Part shown: in pieces, positions 13,512 to 29,577 of the stretch
Layout of the letters: each line of letters begins with the position of its first letter
Numbering within the stretch: the first letter of the stretch is position 1
Assembly (NCBI GenBank): GCA_009914755.4
Contig: CP068257.2
Span: 13,504,001-13,568,000 of the forward strand
Reading direction: 5' to 3'
Source: the human T2T-CHM13v2.0 reference genome, Homo sapiens
Length of the DNA stretch: 64,000 nucleotides
The notes under the pieces: model-generated
What the model saw: the letters and a program-made list of their open reading frames with translations, nothing else
Database searches by the model: none
Told to the model about the DNA's origin: nothing
Made by a program: the position numbers and the translations under genes

Positions 13512-15339
13512 TAATGTATACCCAAGAAGACTGAAAACATATGTCCACAAAAAGATATTGTACACGAATGTTCAGAGCAGCTTCATTTATAATAGCCCCA
13601 AAGTAGAAATAACCCAAATGGATACAGGTGAAGAATGGATAAATAAAATGTGATATATCTATACAATGGGATATTATTCAGACATCAAAAGCAATGAAGT
13701 GCTGATTCATGCTACAACATGGGTGAACCTTGGAAACATTATGTTTAGTGAAGAGGCCAGTCACAAAAGTCCACATATTATATAATTCCATTTATATAAA
13801 ATGTCAAGAATAGGCAACTCCACAGAGACAGAAACATAAGTTGTCAGAAGGTAGGAGAAGGGCCTTGGAAAAGGGAGGGACAGCTGATGGGTGTGAAATT
13901 TCTTTTTGGGGTAATTGAAATATTCTAAAATTGATCATGATAACAATTGTGCAACTTTGTGAATATACTAAAAACCTTTGAAGTGCACATTTTAAATGAA
14001 TGAATTGTGTGGTATGTGAAATATTAAATAAAGCAAAAGAGAGAGAAATAAAAATTAAAGCAAAAGAGAGAAAGTGATATCTTCAGGATACTGTGGAAAC
14101 ACATAGAATATACTACTAGAAGCCAATGCAAAAGTAAGTTATTCCTACTTTAACCTTAATTTATCCTCCTACCTAGAGAATGTTGAAATGCTGCTCTTAC
14201 AGAGATTTGCTACAGATGCTAAGTGAAAGAAAAATCTCATTCAAAATGAGATTGTTTTCTCAAATCTTCCTCCTTCACATTGGGGGTCATATGGCTTCTG
14301 TCTGCAGACTCTGTCCTACCCCAGGAATTAGACCAATCTTGACCTTGATCAGGGGATATTTATTGAACTCTAGTTCAATATTGCATGGACTTAGTATGGT
14401 TTCTACCCTCCTGTTAGTTTGGTCTTGATCTAAGCATTTGAATATAAGTCCTATTCCTGCATCTAAATCTCCAAGCTGTCCTTGCAGATCTGGATCTGTG
14501 CCTTTTTCTCTCATGCCTAAGCACTTAGCCTAAGACTTAGTGTGTTCAGACTGAAGCTTTGCCTGGCTTTTCAGGGCTTTTTCCAGGGATGAGGATTTTG
14601 TCCTTGATTGTGATTGGGTCTTGGTCAGACTTCTCAGATGCTAAACTCCATCCAGCACTCCCCTGTGCCATGCCTGTAACATGATTGGCCTTTGGCGATG
14701 CCGTATACTTAGCTGAATGCTACTGCTGCCTGTCCCCACCCTCCTCCCTGCCTATCTGTGTCTGTGAAGATACAGCATTCCAGGGGTCTGGTTGGACTTC
14801 CTCCTGCCACCGTTGTGCTGCTTTCTTCCTCCCAACTTCCTCACTCCCACATCACAGAGGTTCCAGATCATCCCAGTGACACCAATCCTGGTACAACTAA
14901 CATTTTTTTATATCTAGATGGTTTTCATAAAAATAAAAATAATTTTGGTTTTGATAAAATGTATGCTTTTTCATTCAATTTATCCTGTTTAGAGATTCAG
15001 CAGATGTGTATTTATTAACTCAACATTGAATGCTTACTATATGAGGAGTATTGTCACAAACGTGGGAATACACACAGCTGAAATAAAATGATGATGAGGA
15101 TGATGACAACTAATATAGGTGAATATTCAGGAAGTGCCCTCCCTAGACCAAATGAGGTAGATTATTTCATTTATTTTTCACAACAACCCTATATTTTACA
15201 TTGTAACATGATCTGCGTTTTAAAGATGATAAAACAGACACAGGGAGCAGCATGCCCAGGATTCAAATGTAAGATGACCTGATTCTTTATACTAAGCTGT
15301 TTATTAAAAAAAATAAATTTTATTGTGTATATTTGAGGT

Positions 15340-16100
<761 letters not shown>

Positions 16101-19100
16101 GATACTAAGCTCTTAATCGGCATGTTATACTCTCCAGAGAACTTAGGTTCTAATGACATTCAAAAATAGTGTGCTTAGTTATCACGAAGCAAACTTAGAG
16201 TAAGATAATATTCAGTCTTAAAAAGTCTGTTGAAAGGACTATGAATAGGTTTCCTACTCTCATTCCTACGATGACTCATCCAGGGTCAAGAACTAGAGTT
16301 TCACAAGACAGGGACAGAGACCAGAGGTCAAGTCCAAGGATGTTGTAAAGGCAGGGAGGAGCAGGTGAGTCCTACATGTCCAAACAGGCCCACAGGTGCA
16401 CAGTCCAGGGAGTTTAATTTCAAAAATATGGGTGAGGACTTACAGGAGAAATCACAAGCCAGTCTGAGCTACAATATTTATGCATCTAGGCAGAGTCCCT
16501 GAGCAACAAATGTGGGGTATCAAGGTTAATAATGAGCATGATGGTGAGCCAGAGCTCTGCAATGTGATATGAGCCCTCAGAATTCCTTCCCAAATCCTGT
16601 GATGACACTAAGACAAGTCACATTTAAAGGGAGCAGACTACCTGATTGCAGTGGGGAAGTGAAGGGAGCAAGTATTTCTACCAAGATGTGTATCTGCTAC
16701 CATTTAATAATATAGCCTCCAATGAAGAATAACCTATATCTAAAATCAGTGAATTAGATTCCTCTAAATGCCCCCTTTGACTTAACCACAAACAGAAGAA
16801 AAAAACATCAAAAGAACTAGAAGAATCAGTCAAATGAGCTAAGGCAACCTTGGGAACATCACAGAATAGTCAAGGGCAGAAATAGACGAATAGCTCCTTT
16901 TGCAGCTGTGAGGATAGCTGCTGACTGCTGAGCAGGATAAGAGGGACACCAGTGTGGGGAGAAAGCACTTGAGCCTGACTGAAGCTTAGGTTAGGGTCAC
17001 CAGTCAGTTAGTCTGCCCATAAAAGTCCATTCACTATTCATGCCATGAATTAAACTTTGTGGGATCTCTAAAATAGTGGATTTAAAAAAATTGTTTCTCA
17101 AGCTCAATTTTTCACCTAAACAAGTATTCCCTCCCTGACTTCAGTTCTGGGAGGTAAATAAACCTCCAAGATAGTAGCATGGAATTTGCATAGTGATAAT
17201 GATCAGTAAGTCAGGTGGGATATGTGTAGTTGTGCATTTATTCCTAACTACATAGCTGTATGTTAATACAGACTGCAAGAATGAATGGTAAAAAGAGGCC
17301 CTCTATTTCTTCTTCTTTGGTTGTGAGGCCACTGATGATAAAAGGACATATTTAGATAACTTGCTTTTAAGCAGTAAACGTTTATTCAGCAAACTATAAA
17401 TCAGGATTCTTGAGTTCTATTACCTCTTCCGTTTCACCTATTCTCATGATTAGAATTTTGCAAATGATGCACCTTCTCCCTGCCTCAACTTCTTTTCCAA
17501 CTAAAGACTCCCACAAAACATGCCATCTACCAAATTCTCAGGAGGAAAGAGAAGAGCGATTGCAGCCATAACCTCCTAACTTATTCAGCACAACCTCCGC
17601 CAGCAACCTCATTCTCCCTCTGGCATTCAGAGGACTCTGATGTACCCCTTGCCCTCAAAAATGCTATCAACATAATGAAAGTTGAGATGAAAAGTAACCA
17701 TTTAGTGAGCTTTCTCTTGCATATGTTTTAAAATCTTCTGGGAGTCAGAAGAATCTGCAGAACCTTGAGTCTGTGCTGGGATTCACTGTGGCTGTACCAT
17801 ATGGGGAAACCTGAGAAAATCTATGAGAACTATTTATTAGGGAGAAATGGGATGATGCCATTCCTCAACATTTAAGATCAAGAACCTCAAACTGAGATAG
17901 GCTTTCTGCCTCTAATTTCCCATAACTCTCTGTTTATACCATTCTCTTCCCACTATTGTCTCATATTTTCTGGTTCGGCTCTTTCCCCTACTAGACTATA
18001 AGCTTCTTCTATGTTTTTGTATCCTTAGTGCCTAGAACTGGGACAGGATATAATAAGAACCTAATGGAGTTTTGGTGAATTAATGCTACTTTAAGAAGAA
18101 AGAAAAGGGGTCCTGAATCTAATAGTGTTTGGGAAGTATACACTAGGGATCCTTAGGGAGGCCCAGTGATCTTTACATCAAGGTTTGCTCTCAGCCCTTT
18201 GTGATAAAATCAATTCAGACATGTCTTCAAATCTACTCACAGACAAGAGATGGAATAATAATAAGGGTAGCTGATATTTTTATAGTTCTTTTGTTTATCA
18301 TGTTTATTTTTATGGCAATTTTTTAGAAACAATTTGGCAAAACTAATGATTATCATTTTAAAGTAGGCAAGAAGAAACCTAGTTATAGAGGACAGAAATC
18401 TAGAGTCAAGGATTCCTGACTCCTAATCCAGTGCTCTTTCCACTATAGCCCACTGTGAAATTTTGGAAAGAGTGGAAATAACTGTTTACACTAAAAGAAA
18501 ATGAATTTTGGATCCCGATCAAAATGTGATATTGTGGGTCTCTGCAAACCACCTTAGTTGAGAGGTAGTCATTTTTCATTTAGGGGCCAGCACTTCTGTA
18601 GCTAAAAAAAGTCAGTGTATTCATGTGAAATGAAGAATGGGAAGTTCCCTGAAAAGGTTTGAAGGCTTAATTCAATTGATGTTGGCACAATAAACTCTAG
18701 GACTCATCCAAATCCATTATGAAGGGCTTCTCATGCCAGCAGATTTGCAAAAGTAGATGTGGAATTGCAACAAGTTCTTTCTGCTGTGTGTTTTAAGGTA
18801 GAGTGACACGAATCTCCTATTTTCACATGAGAGCTAAAGAGTATGTTTCTTTAATACTCATCTTCCTGTGTGAGTGATATTCTAAGGAAAAACAAAATTA
18901 AAATCTCTGACTCTTGGCTTACCCTTTCAGTGTATATAGCACTGAAAGGCTTTCTGATTCTCCACATTACGATGGGATGCACACATGTGGTTTTGGTAAT
19001 GTGGAATAGAGACTGGAGGATTCCATCATCCCATATCCCCATGGTCTTTGACCAGGAATTACAGATATCAGGGAAAAAATGGAATTACTTGGTGCTACTT

Positions 19101-19429
19101 TCTAAAGCCAATCTTTTAGAATTAGGTGGACTTTTTAAGCTAAATATTTTGGTCCTTTTTTTCTGCTACACTTATGATAATATAGCTTAGTTCTGACTTT
19201 TTCATTACTTTTCCTCATTAACTTTCTACAAGACCTAATAGTGCAAGAAAGGGCTGAATTCACTGTTCACAGTCTTGTTTTTAGACATTCCAAAAATAAA
19301 AAGAAATACGGAATAATTTTCTGTTAGGTTGATGAGAGCTACAAGTAACAGAAAACCCTAAAAATTGACAAATGGGATCTCATTAAAGTAAGATCTTCTG
19401 CACCAGACACACACACACACACATGCAAA

Positions 19430-20415
19430 CTATAATCGGAGTGAACAGACAACCTACAGAATGGGAGAAAAAATTTGCAATCTATCCATCTGACAAAGGT
19501 CTAATATCCAGAATTTACAAGGAACTTATAACACATTCCAAAATAACCCAAGCAACCTCATTAAAAAGTTGGCAAAGGACATGAACAGACACTTCTCAAA
19601 AGAAGACATTTATGTGGCCAACAAACACATTAAAAAAAGCTCAACATTGCTGATCATTAGAGAACTGCAAATCAAAACCACAATGAGATACCATCTCATG
19701 CCAGTCAGAATGGTGATTATTAAAAATTCAAGAAACAACAGATACTGGCGAGGCTGTGGAGAAATAGGAACAATTTTACACTGTTGCTGGGAATGTAAAT
19801 TAGTTCAACCATTGCGGGAGACAGTGTGGGGATACATTGAAGACCTGGAACTAGAAATACCATTTGACCCAGCAATCCCATTACTGAGTTATACCCAAAG
19901 GAATATAAATCATTCTACTGTAAAGATACATGCACGTCTGTGTTCACTGCAGCACCACTCACAATAGCAAAGACATGGAATCAACCCAAATGCCCATAGT
20001 GATAGACTGGATAAAGAAAGTGTGGTACATATACACCATGAAATACTATGCAGCCATAAAAAGGAATGAGATCATATTTTTTGCAGGAACATTGATGGAG
20101 CTGGAAGCCATTATCCTCAGCAAACTAATACAGGAACAGAAAACCAGCACCACATGTTCTCACTTATAAGTGGGAGCTGAACAATGAGAGCACATGAACA
20201 TGCAAGGGGAACAACACACACTGTGGCCTGTTGGAGGGGGAGGGCAAGAGAGAGCATCAGGATAAATGGCCAGATGGCTAATGCATGTGGGGCATAATAC
20301 CTAGGTAATGAGTTGATAGGTGCAGCAAACTACCATGGCACACGTTTGCATATGTAATGAACCTGCACATGTATCCTGGAACTTAAATTAAATTAAATTA
20401 AATATTTAAAAAAAT
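19430..20415 (+). mobile_element. L1 (L1PA/L1PB-type) 3'-terminal fragment, about 1 kb: ORF2 C-terminal remnant, 3' UTR and A-tail
   Basis: ORF-track peptides at 19569-19967 and 19930-20169 are L1 ORF2 C-terminal sequence ('...[46 protein letters not shown]...', 'IDWIKKVWYIYTMKYYAAIKRNEIIFFAGTLMELEAIILSKL'). The 3' UTR ends '...gaacttaaattaaattaaattaaatatttaaaaaaa'. Frameshifted, non-functional copy. Confidence 0.9.
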
Positions 20416-21049
20416 GAAAAACAGAAAAGTTTGATTCAACTTGCTTAAACAATAAGAATATTAATTACCCTGGTAACCAGAAATGCAGAGATTCGACAGC
20501 TCTAAGGCATGGTATAGTCAAGACCTAGCTTTGAACCCCTCTGTGCCTTAGATTCTCTTATGACTAGCTTCTGGCAGGCTTCAAAATGTGACATGCAGAT
20601 ACAGCAATGACAGAAGGTCAGAAAAATGGGTCCATTTCTTCCACATACTGCTTTCAGGAAGAAAGAAAAATTTCTTAGAAGATGTCCTTTTATAGCTCAT
20701 TGGCCAGAAGACACGTTTCTCATGGTCATGCTGAAACCAATCATTGGCAAAAGTACTGTGGCCACTGTGTTTGGTTTAGGCCAATTAGGAACCACCCCTG
20801 AGACTGATATTGGAGTCAATTTCCTTCAAATTATGACCACAGAGAAAGGTAGATACATGAGAAAGGAAGAAGTTGATGTGGTAGAAATTGGGGAGATGAA
20901 TTGATGTTGGACAGATGACCAATAGGGTTTGTTACAAGGTTTATTCAGAATATTTGACATTTTTTAATATTTATAAATTCCAGCTTTGTCACTGCCTCTG
21001 TCACACTTACTATTGAGTATTTAATATGAGCTGTACTAGGACTTCAGGA

Positions 21050-21410
21050 TTGTCTTAACTTGGGCTGCGATGACAAAGTATCATAGACTGGGTAGCTTCT
21101 AACAACCGAAATTTATTTCTCACAGTTCTGGAGGCTGGGAAGTCCAAGATCAAGGTGCCAGTAGATTCAGTGTCCAGTGAGATCCTTTATCTGATTCGCG
21201 AATGGCTCCTTCTTCTTACTGTGTGCTCATCTGGCAGGAGGGACTAAATAGCTGTCTGCATTGTCTTTTGTAAGGGCACTAATCCCAATCATGAGGGCTC
21301 TGTCTCCATGAGCTAAATCACTTCCCAAGGGAACCATCACCTCAGAGGTTAAGATTTGAACACATGAACTCTGGGGGAACACATGGCAAGGATATTCAGA
21401 CTAGAGCATG
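21050..21410 (-). mobile_element. ERVL-MaLR LTR (MLT1/MST-like), reverse orientation
   Basis: Reverse-complement MaLR LTR motifs: 'gggctgcgatgacaaagtatcatagactgggtagcttctaacaaccgaaatttatttctcacagttctggaggctgggaagtccaagatcaaggtgccagtagattc...taagggcactaatcccaatcatgagggctc'. Confidence 0.65.
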
Positions 21411-23629
21411 GATATGAAGATTTTAAAAGGCAATATTTCTGCTCTAGAAGAAAATATAGTCTTTTCCACACTGTTAAGAAAAGGCACAACAAAAGAAAAC
21501 AGTGAGAATGTCTATCACTCCAAAAAAAAAAAAAAAAAAAAAGCTTTTTAGGACCTGCTGTTCCACTAATTACCAGAAGTAAATTATAGCACTTCCATAT
21601 AAAATAATAAGGAAATAAGAGACTAGAGTTTCACCTATTTTCATAAGCACATCATTTATTATAAATGCAGGTGGATAGAGAGGGGGAGAAGTTAACAATA
21701 AGATTCCACTGGTCCCATATGAGGCCCATGGTATTATAGAACTAAAGAGAGCTGAGTTTTTTAATTGAAAATAAGATAAGTAATTATCTTGGATTCTTGT
21801 TCTAAGAAGGTAGTAATTAGAGTGGATCCCCACTCCAGGGTCCACACTCCTGGCTTACAACCTGATAGAACTCCCCAGCTTGATGTTAACAGAATAAATA
21901 AAACAATATATCCCCAAATCCATGGGGAAGGCAAGAACATGATTGGGGATTTTAAATCCTGTAATTCTTGGATTCAGAGTATGGAAAATACAGGTAATTT
22001 CAGTAAGAGATCCCCACTGTTAGAATCTATAACACCCTATGGTGTCTTTAAAAAGAAGAAAATGCGTCACTAGTGGCTCAATCCCATACTCCTTTAAAAT
22101 TTGTTAAGCTTGACAATTCAAGCTGATGGCAAATAACTCCTTTCTCAAGTAATGTTTTAATCTGAAAGAAATATATTATTTAAAAGGGAAATCCCCATTA
22201 ATGCCAAGATACGGAAACAACTACTTAGAATACACAGCAACATGAAAGAGTAAGATAAAAGGAGAGAAATTGAACATCAAACATGTTCCTCTAAACCAGA
22301 AACAGAAGAAAGTGTTCTTTAGAAGATTAGACAGGTCTTGAATTTTTATTGTTGGCAAAGAACAGTGTTTAAAGGCAAGAGCTCAACCTTTCTACAGGGC
22401 AGTGTAGTTTTTAAATTCGTGGAGCAAGATGGTGACACTGGCTGTATGTACTAGCATAAAGAATTGAAAACAATATGACCTGAATGATACTCAAAAACTG
22501 ATATATTAAAGACTCATGTTGAGAGACAGATCATGAGCAGAGCCAATTTTGATTTTAAGCATAAAAGTGGATATGTTGTTATGAAAGTTTAAGTTTGAGT
22601 ATCACACTTATGAAAGTTAAGCTTTGAATGTCACAAGATATTGGGGTAAAGGAAACTGAAGAGTCATCTAGTTTAACTCAAATTCTTAAGTAGAGAAGAG
22701 GGTATGAGGCTTCACAATGACAAGTGGTCTAGTTTACAGGTAATTCTTGTCCCTATTTGTAGGACTTCCTGGGAGGGTCAGGTTAAGATCCCAAATAACA
22801 AAAAAGGAAGAAATGAAATGAGAAATTGCTTCTGCGAAACACAATTGTATAGCAGCTAAATTTTCTATGGTTTAAATGAGGAATACGTAACACATGCACA
22901 CAAGGCTATAAATTCTTAGCCTTCCTTGCTAACTTTGTGTGAAGAATAGTTATATCTTTTTGTAAAAAATATGCTTTAGCATCAGAACCAGAAAGCCTGT
23001 TGAATCTTAGTAAAAGCACTAATACTATTTCCATTTTTATTTCTCTTCCAATTTTGTATAAAAGGTACATTTTCATTAGGGGAATTGGGTAGCTAATTCT
23101 CTTGGAAAGATTCAGCTGTCACTGAGTAACACAATCTTTCCCCGCCCTCCTCGCCCAGGCTGGCAGGGACTGTGCTTCAGCTAATAACAGTGGCTCTGCT
23201 TTGCTGGGATGCTTCGAGCTGCTGTGACAGCTGACAGGAGAGTAGTAACCGCTAAGGTGTCAAGCCATCCTTTCCCCAATTCCATTTGCTTTGGGAATGT
23301 GCTAAGTTGAAAGTCCATAAGAGCCATTTAAGAACAAGTATTAGTAGATGGTATTATAGGTTTCTGTTCCTCTACACAGTCCATTTAAGGAGGAAAAATA
23401 GTTTTTCTAATACCATCTTAAGTGACTTTACGGTTATCGATACAAAACACCTTGGAAAAATATCCCAGTGCATATGTTATCTTGATATTTAAGCAAGAGA
23501 AGATTTACAAATGTTTAAAATTTCCAAATGTTTTAAACTTTCTACCTAAGGAATAGCAGATAATATTTTTCTTCAGTAAGGGGTCACAAAATATTAATTT
23601 GATACAAGATATAACAAAAAGTCAATTAG

Positions 23630-23986
<357 letters not shown>

Positions 23987-25459
23987 CAACACTTCTTTTC
24001 ATCTTGGATGTGATAATGTGCTCATGAAGGGTTGGGTAAAATCCACAAATCCACAGATTGCAAAGCACTGTGGAATTGAGTTAAGCACTGTGGGAAATCA
24101 AAACCTAATATAATACAATTCCTATTTTCAAGGATCTTCCTGATTGCAAAAACAATTATATGGAAGCTTAACAATTTCTACCTAAATAAAATGACGATTT
24201 TGGTATTTCAGAGAGCCAGCATGGTTTTCTAGACTGAGTGCTCACTTGCCTTGCAATCAAATGCTTCAATTAACATCTACACACTGACACTTACTCACTT
24301 TCCTCATTCATAAGAAGGCTGGACTAGATTATTTTTAAGTTCAAACATTTCGTGATTTACATCTTTAAAATATGTGCTTTTTTATAGTGATTTACAATGC
24401 AGCTAACAGGTTAGATTAGTAAATTATCAAAAACATTACCTAAGATTTGAGTGAATTTAGATTAATAAAAAAGTTTTAGGTTCTAACAATGTTTTAACAA
24501 TGATTTTGAATAAAAACACCTTGACTGTGTGCCTCCTCACTAACTAAATATTTGTGAATGAGCGTATTTTCATTATTTTTAAATAAGACAAACTGAACTT
24601 CTATACAGAGCTGCTATTTACACATGAGGTGTTTGCTTTTTGGTTTATCTTGCTGACTTGGGCCAATCCCCCAAGCGGTTTTAACTGAAGACAAGGTTAT
24701 CTTGCCATCCTTGATTTGGGGCAATCAGCCATCACAAAACAATTCTTGGTAATAAACATTAGAAGGAGAGGCCTGCAAGCAGCTCCAGTATGATAAATAA
24801 GGATATCGTTTTCCAAATAGGAAACAGGAGGAGGTTAATTTAAAATAAACCACTATGAGGTTTCTTACAGAGTTATCATCACCTGCCTTTCAAAATAAGC
24901 ATACTCATTACATGTGAGGGCAATTGTTCATCTGAACATCTTGTTTACTTGTCTGATTGTTCTCCCCAGGTATAATGATTTTCAACAGGTCAATCAGTGG
25001 TTCTAAGCGCTTTTCAAGCCTATTTAACAGGATAATTTGGTCAAAGTGCACATGTTATATAAATTGCCCTCCCTTAACATTCCCCATCATGAAGGCATGC
25101 ACTCAAGAGTTTCATGCAAACCTGTCTTTACATTTGCCTCTTCCACTTTCCTGGAAAGTTGGATAAGTTACTTGAAATTTTTTAGTCTCATTTCCCTGGT
25201 CTAGAGTTTTTCAGGATTGGGGAGGTTGAGTCCTAACACTGGGACAGTCCCAGGCATCTGTTCAGGCTCATTGATGACGGAGAGGGAAGGAGACAGCATC
25301 TCGGCCACTTCATGATAACATAAATAAATCACATAACTGATGAACTATGTGTAACATAATCTTAATCTGGCATTTATTTTCAGATATTAAGGTTAAGTAC
25401 TATATCAATTTTTTAAAAGTAAAAAATTATTTCTACCTGCATAGAAGGCATTACCTGGG

Positions 25460-25753
25460 TTGATTGATTGATTGATTTAGAGACAGGGTTTTACTCTGTA
25501 GCCCCAGCTAAAGTGCAGAGGCACATCACACCCCACTGCAGCCTCTGCCTCCCGGGCTCAAGCAACCCTCCCTCCTCAGTTTCCTGAGTAGGTGAGGCTA
25601 CAGGCACACACCACTACACCCAGCTAATTTTTGTAGTTTTTGTAGAGACTGCCGTGTTTCCCAGGCTGGTCTCAAACTCCTGGGCTCAAGCCATCAGCCT
25701 GCCTTGGCCTCCCAAAGTTCTAAGATTATGGGCATGAGCCACTGCACCTGGCC
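25460..25753 (-). mobile_element. Older Alu (AluJ-like, diverged), reverse orientation, with a (TTGA)n tail
   Basis: '(ttga)4 tttagagacagggttttactctgtagccccagctaaagtgcagaggcac...cctcccaaagttctaagattatgggcatgagccactgcacctggcc'. Heavily CpG-decayed. Confidence 0.9.
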
Positions 25754-26370
25754 TGATTGTATTTTATTTTTAAATAAGCCAGTTCATGAATAATTAAATG
25801 AAAACATTATAATAATAAACAGACAAAAAGATTGCTAAATAATAAATCTAGTTTATAACTAATATATCTATCTCACTTCCTTAAATTAGTTTTCAATGCC
25901 CTTAATTTGTATGTGTGTTAACATCTCTCAATTTTCAAAAATTTTTAGTTTTTTGAAAAATAGCATGGCAATTGAAAGACTGATTTTTAAAGTGAACAAA
26001 ACATTGACTCCCAGAAGAAAAATTTTAATGAACAAAACATCGATTTCCAGAAGATGAACAAGTTCACATGTTCATATGTAATCAAAATATGTGACACTAA
26101 TTATAGGTGTATTTACACTTTTCAAACACCAATATTAATTCCTGAATACATATGCTATTAAGCCACTTTTGAACACAGAAAAGATGGCTAATTGATAATG
26201 TATTTTTGTAGCAAAGCAAGTTTTCATGCCAATTTTACATTTTGGGATTCATTAGATAATAACCTCCATTCCTTCTTATTAAACAGAAATAAAAGCATCC
26301 AATATACATGCTTTTCTAGATGTGGAAGGCTACATTTGACAATCAATTATTAAAGTAAAATTAAACCTGG

Positions 26371-26639
26371 CTTTGGGAGGCCAAGGCAGGGGCATCTCTT
26401 GAGCCTAGAAGCTCAAGATCATCCTGGGCAACATAGTGAGGGATCCAGTCCCTAAAAAAATATATAAAAAAGGCGAGGTGTGGTGGCATGTACCTGTAGT
26501 CCCAGCTACTCGGGAGGCTGAGGTGGGAGCGAGGCTTAGGTCCAGGACTTAGAGCCTGCAGTGAGCCATGATGGCACCACTGCACTCTGGCTTGAGCAAT
26601 AGAGTAAGAGTCCATCTGAAAAAACTAAACAAAACAAAA
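26371..26639 (+). mobile_element. 5'-truncated Alu SINE, forward orientation
   Basis: Begins within the left monomer ('ctttgggaggccaaggcagg...') and ends with an A-rich tail 'gaaaaaactaaacaaaacaaaa'. A 9-bp target-site duplication 'taaacctgg' lies at 26362-26370 and 26640-26648. Confidence 0.9.
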
Positions 26640-26905
26640 TAAACCTGGTGTTGTCTGACAACCTAACTTTTGGAACTAACACCAGTCCATGGGGAGTCCT
26701 GAGTGGTATCAGAAAAATGCCATTTACATCAGATAATAAATATTCAGCCCTCTACCACAAATCCTGCACAGAATAACTCAATAAATATTAGCAGCAATGA
26801 CAATTAACAACTGCTTTCAGTTCAGCAGCTTATGGATCCTTGATATTCTTAGCTTCCTAATCGTTAGTAATTCCATCACCTTTTAATGAATGAGTCAGAA
26901 ATTTA

Positions 26906-27294
<389 letters not shown>

Positions 27295-27744
27295 AGCCAA
27301 GAGGGGATTAGAGTGGCCCTAATGGTTAAAATCATGACTAAAAGTTGTTTAAATGACCCTTTCAATGCCATTCCCCTTTTGCACTGTTTAATCAAGAACT
27401 GGTTGCAGTGGCATATTTGAGGTTAAGAAATATTGAGAAAAGGAAAAGGTGTATGTGTGGTTTCTGCTTCACTGGGTTGTCAGGAGAATGGCAATAACAT
27501 AACCATTTAAAATGGAAAAATGGAGCAGTAGGCCCTACTCTGAAGAAGATAGGACATATTTTCAATGTTTCCTGAATGTTACAAGACATAAGAACAGCTA
27601 CCCGGGGGGTTCCTATCTTGAAGACTGGAAAATTATGAGCAAAAGCAACTAGCAAAATAAAAGAATCTGGAATATTTATCCTCTTATGATGGCTAGACTT
27701 CAGACTTCCTGAAATAGCCTTTCTCTTGGCTTCTAAGCCACTGC

Positions 27745-27960
27745 TTCTCAAACTTTAATGTTCATACAAATCACCCAGGGATCAGGTGAAAATGCACATT
27801 CTGATTCTATAAGCCTGGGGTGCAGCCTGGTGTTCTGCATTTTTAACCAGCTGGTCTTCAGACTCTTCTTGAGTACCAGGCTTCTGTCTTACTTACATTG
27901 TAATGTTTCTTATGCTCATGGTGACGGTACATCCTGTACTCTTTAACATAGCCTAAATTT
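27745..27960. repeat. Possible ancient DNA-transposon or MER-type fragment
   Basis: 'ctgcttctcaaactttaatgttcatacaaatcacccagggatcaggtgaaaatgcacattctgattctataagcctggggtgcagcctggtgttctgcatttttaaccagctggtc' resembles a recurrent mammalian repeat motif ('...ttctcaaactttaatgtgcatac.aatcacctgggg...aaaatgcagattctgattcagtaggtctgggg...ctgcatttctaacaagc'). I cannot name the family with certainty. Confidence 0.3.
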
Positions 27961-28128
27961 TATTGGTATTTCATTATTTTCAGCAAAGTCAATTAGCTAA
28001 CTAAATTGATTTAATTTTTATACCTTTTGGAAGCTGTTCATATAAAAGATTTCCCTCACCAGAAGTCCAATGTCTTGACTTGGGGTTTTAGAAGATGGTC
28101 TTATCACAAGTGACTTAGCAAAGATTAC

Positions 28129-28162
28129 CTCTCTCTCTCTCTCTCTCTTTTTTTTTTTTTTC
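28129..28162. repeat. (CT)n dinucleotide repeat followed by a T-homopolymer
   Basis: 'ctctctctctctctctctct' followed by 't13'. The reverse strand gives the '[13 protein letters not shown]' ORF artefact. Confidence 0.9.
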
Positions 28163-29275
28163 TTGAGACTTCTCGTCTTACTCCAGTAGCCCTTTGTGTA
28201 TCTGCATAACAACTTGACTGGAATAAAGTAATGATTATTTTCTATCAATCAAGGCTAAATGAGTCACCTATGAAGAAAAAACTGTTCAGATGGACTGGAG
28301 CCCTGGGCTAGGTATTACAACTGGAAACAAGGGAGAATGTGATTTAGGAAACCTTCCTAATGGTCATAGGAATTGCTTTCTTTTCTATCAAAAAATAAAT
28401 TGAAGAAAATCTCTTCTCTGGTCTCCAGGCTGCAAGCTCTAAATCTTGGCTTCATGCATTAATGAAGTTACACTTCACTCAGGAGAGCTGAGTTAATTTC
28501 TTAGTCTGTCACTCACTAGCTGTTTGACATTGGTCAAGCAAAGGTCATAATCACCTTTGAGAACTTCTGTTTTCTTATTTTTTTTTAATGAGAGAACAAA
28601 GTTAGGGAGGCAACTAAATGCCCTATAAGCTCTTGTTCAACTTCAAAAAGAAAATATAAATATATGGCATCAAATCTGAGCTCTTACCAAATTCCTAAGG
28701 GCTTGATATTCTGATTATGATATGGTGATTATGATTTGATTATAATTTACCAAGCAGTTGATAAGAAATTGTTATATGTAATCCAAAGCAAGCCCTTGAA
28801 AACCTTGTGTCTCCCAAAGATAATTAGAAACTAGGATTATCCAGGCGACATTTGAATTTCTGTTAGTAAAATCTTGAAAGTTGCCGTACTATGTCTCTAT
28901 GCGACTGGACTCAGGCTAAGGGCTACTTTTAGATCTCATTTTAGCACTCTGGACCATTCTCATCTGAATAACAACAGTGAACTTCATTTTAGTATGATGG
29001 CAAAAGTCTCCTTTTCTAAACTCTAAATCACTGAAATAGTAATGGGAAATAAAATAACATTCACCATCTCTTTGAAAGAGGACAACAGAATTTGCCTGGG
29101 TGTATATGTTAGTCTGGTTTCTTCAAGACCCAAGTAACTGTTCAATCAAAAACTCAATCAATTAACAAAATCATGGACAAGCTCTGGAAAACCTGTAACA
29201 GAGGATAAAGGAAGTCTTTAGAACCTAAATTGAAGGAGAAGTACCATAAGCTTTCTCCAGAACTTTAATACCTTT

Positions 29276-29577
29276 GAATTAATTAATTAATTTTTTTTTT
29301 TTGAGACAGAGTCTGGCTCTATTGCCTAGGCTGGAGTGCAGTGGCACCATCTCGGCAACCTCTGCCTCCTGGGTTCAAGCGATTCTCCTGTCTCAGCCTC
29401 TGGAGTAGCTGGGATTACATGCATGCACCACCACACCCGGCTAATTTTTGTATTTTTATTAGAGACGGGGTTTCACCTTGTTGGCCAGGCTGGTCTCGAA
29501 CTCCTGACCTAAGGTGATCTGCCTGCCTCAGCCTCCCAAAGTGCTGGGATTACAGGTGTGAGCCACTGCACCCAGCC
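29276..29577 (-). mobile_element. Alu SINE (AluS-like), reverse orientation, with a (TTAA)n/T-run tail
   Basis: 'gaattaattaattaa tttttttttttt gagacagagtctggctctattgcctaggctggagtgcagtggc...gattacaggtgtgagccactgcacccagcc'. Flanks share an imperfect 'tgaat(t)aatt'. Confidence 0.95.

Noticed and set aside
19569-20169. ORFs with L1 ORF2-like peptides at 19569-20169, with equivalents at 32541-34351 on the minus strand
   Set aside because: These are not independent genes. They are frameshifted, 5'-truncated remnants of L1 ORF2 and are annotated as part of the L1 mobile-element features.
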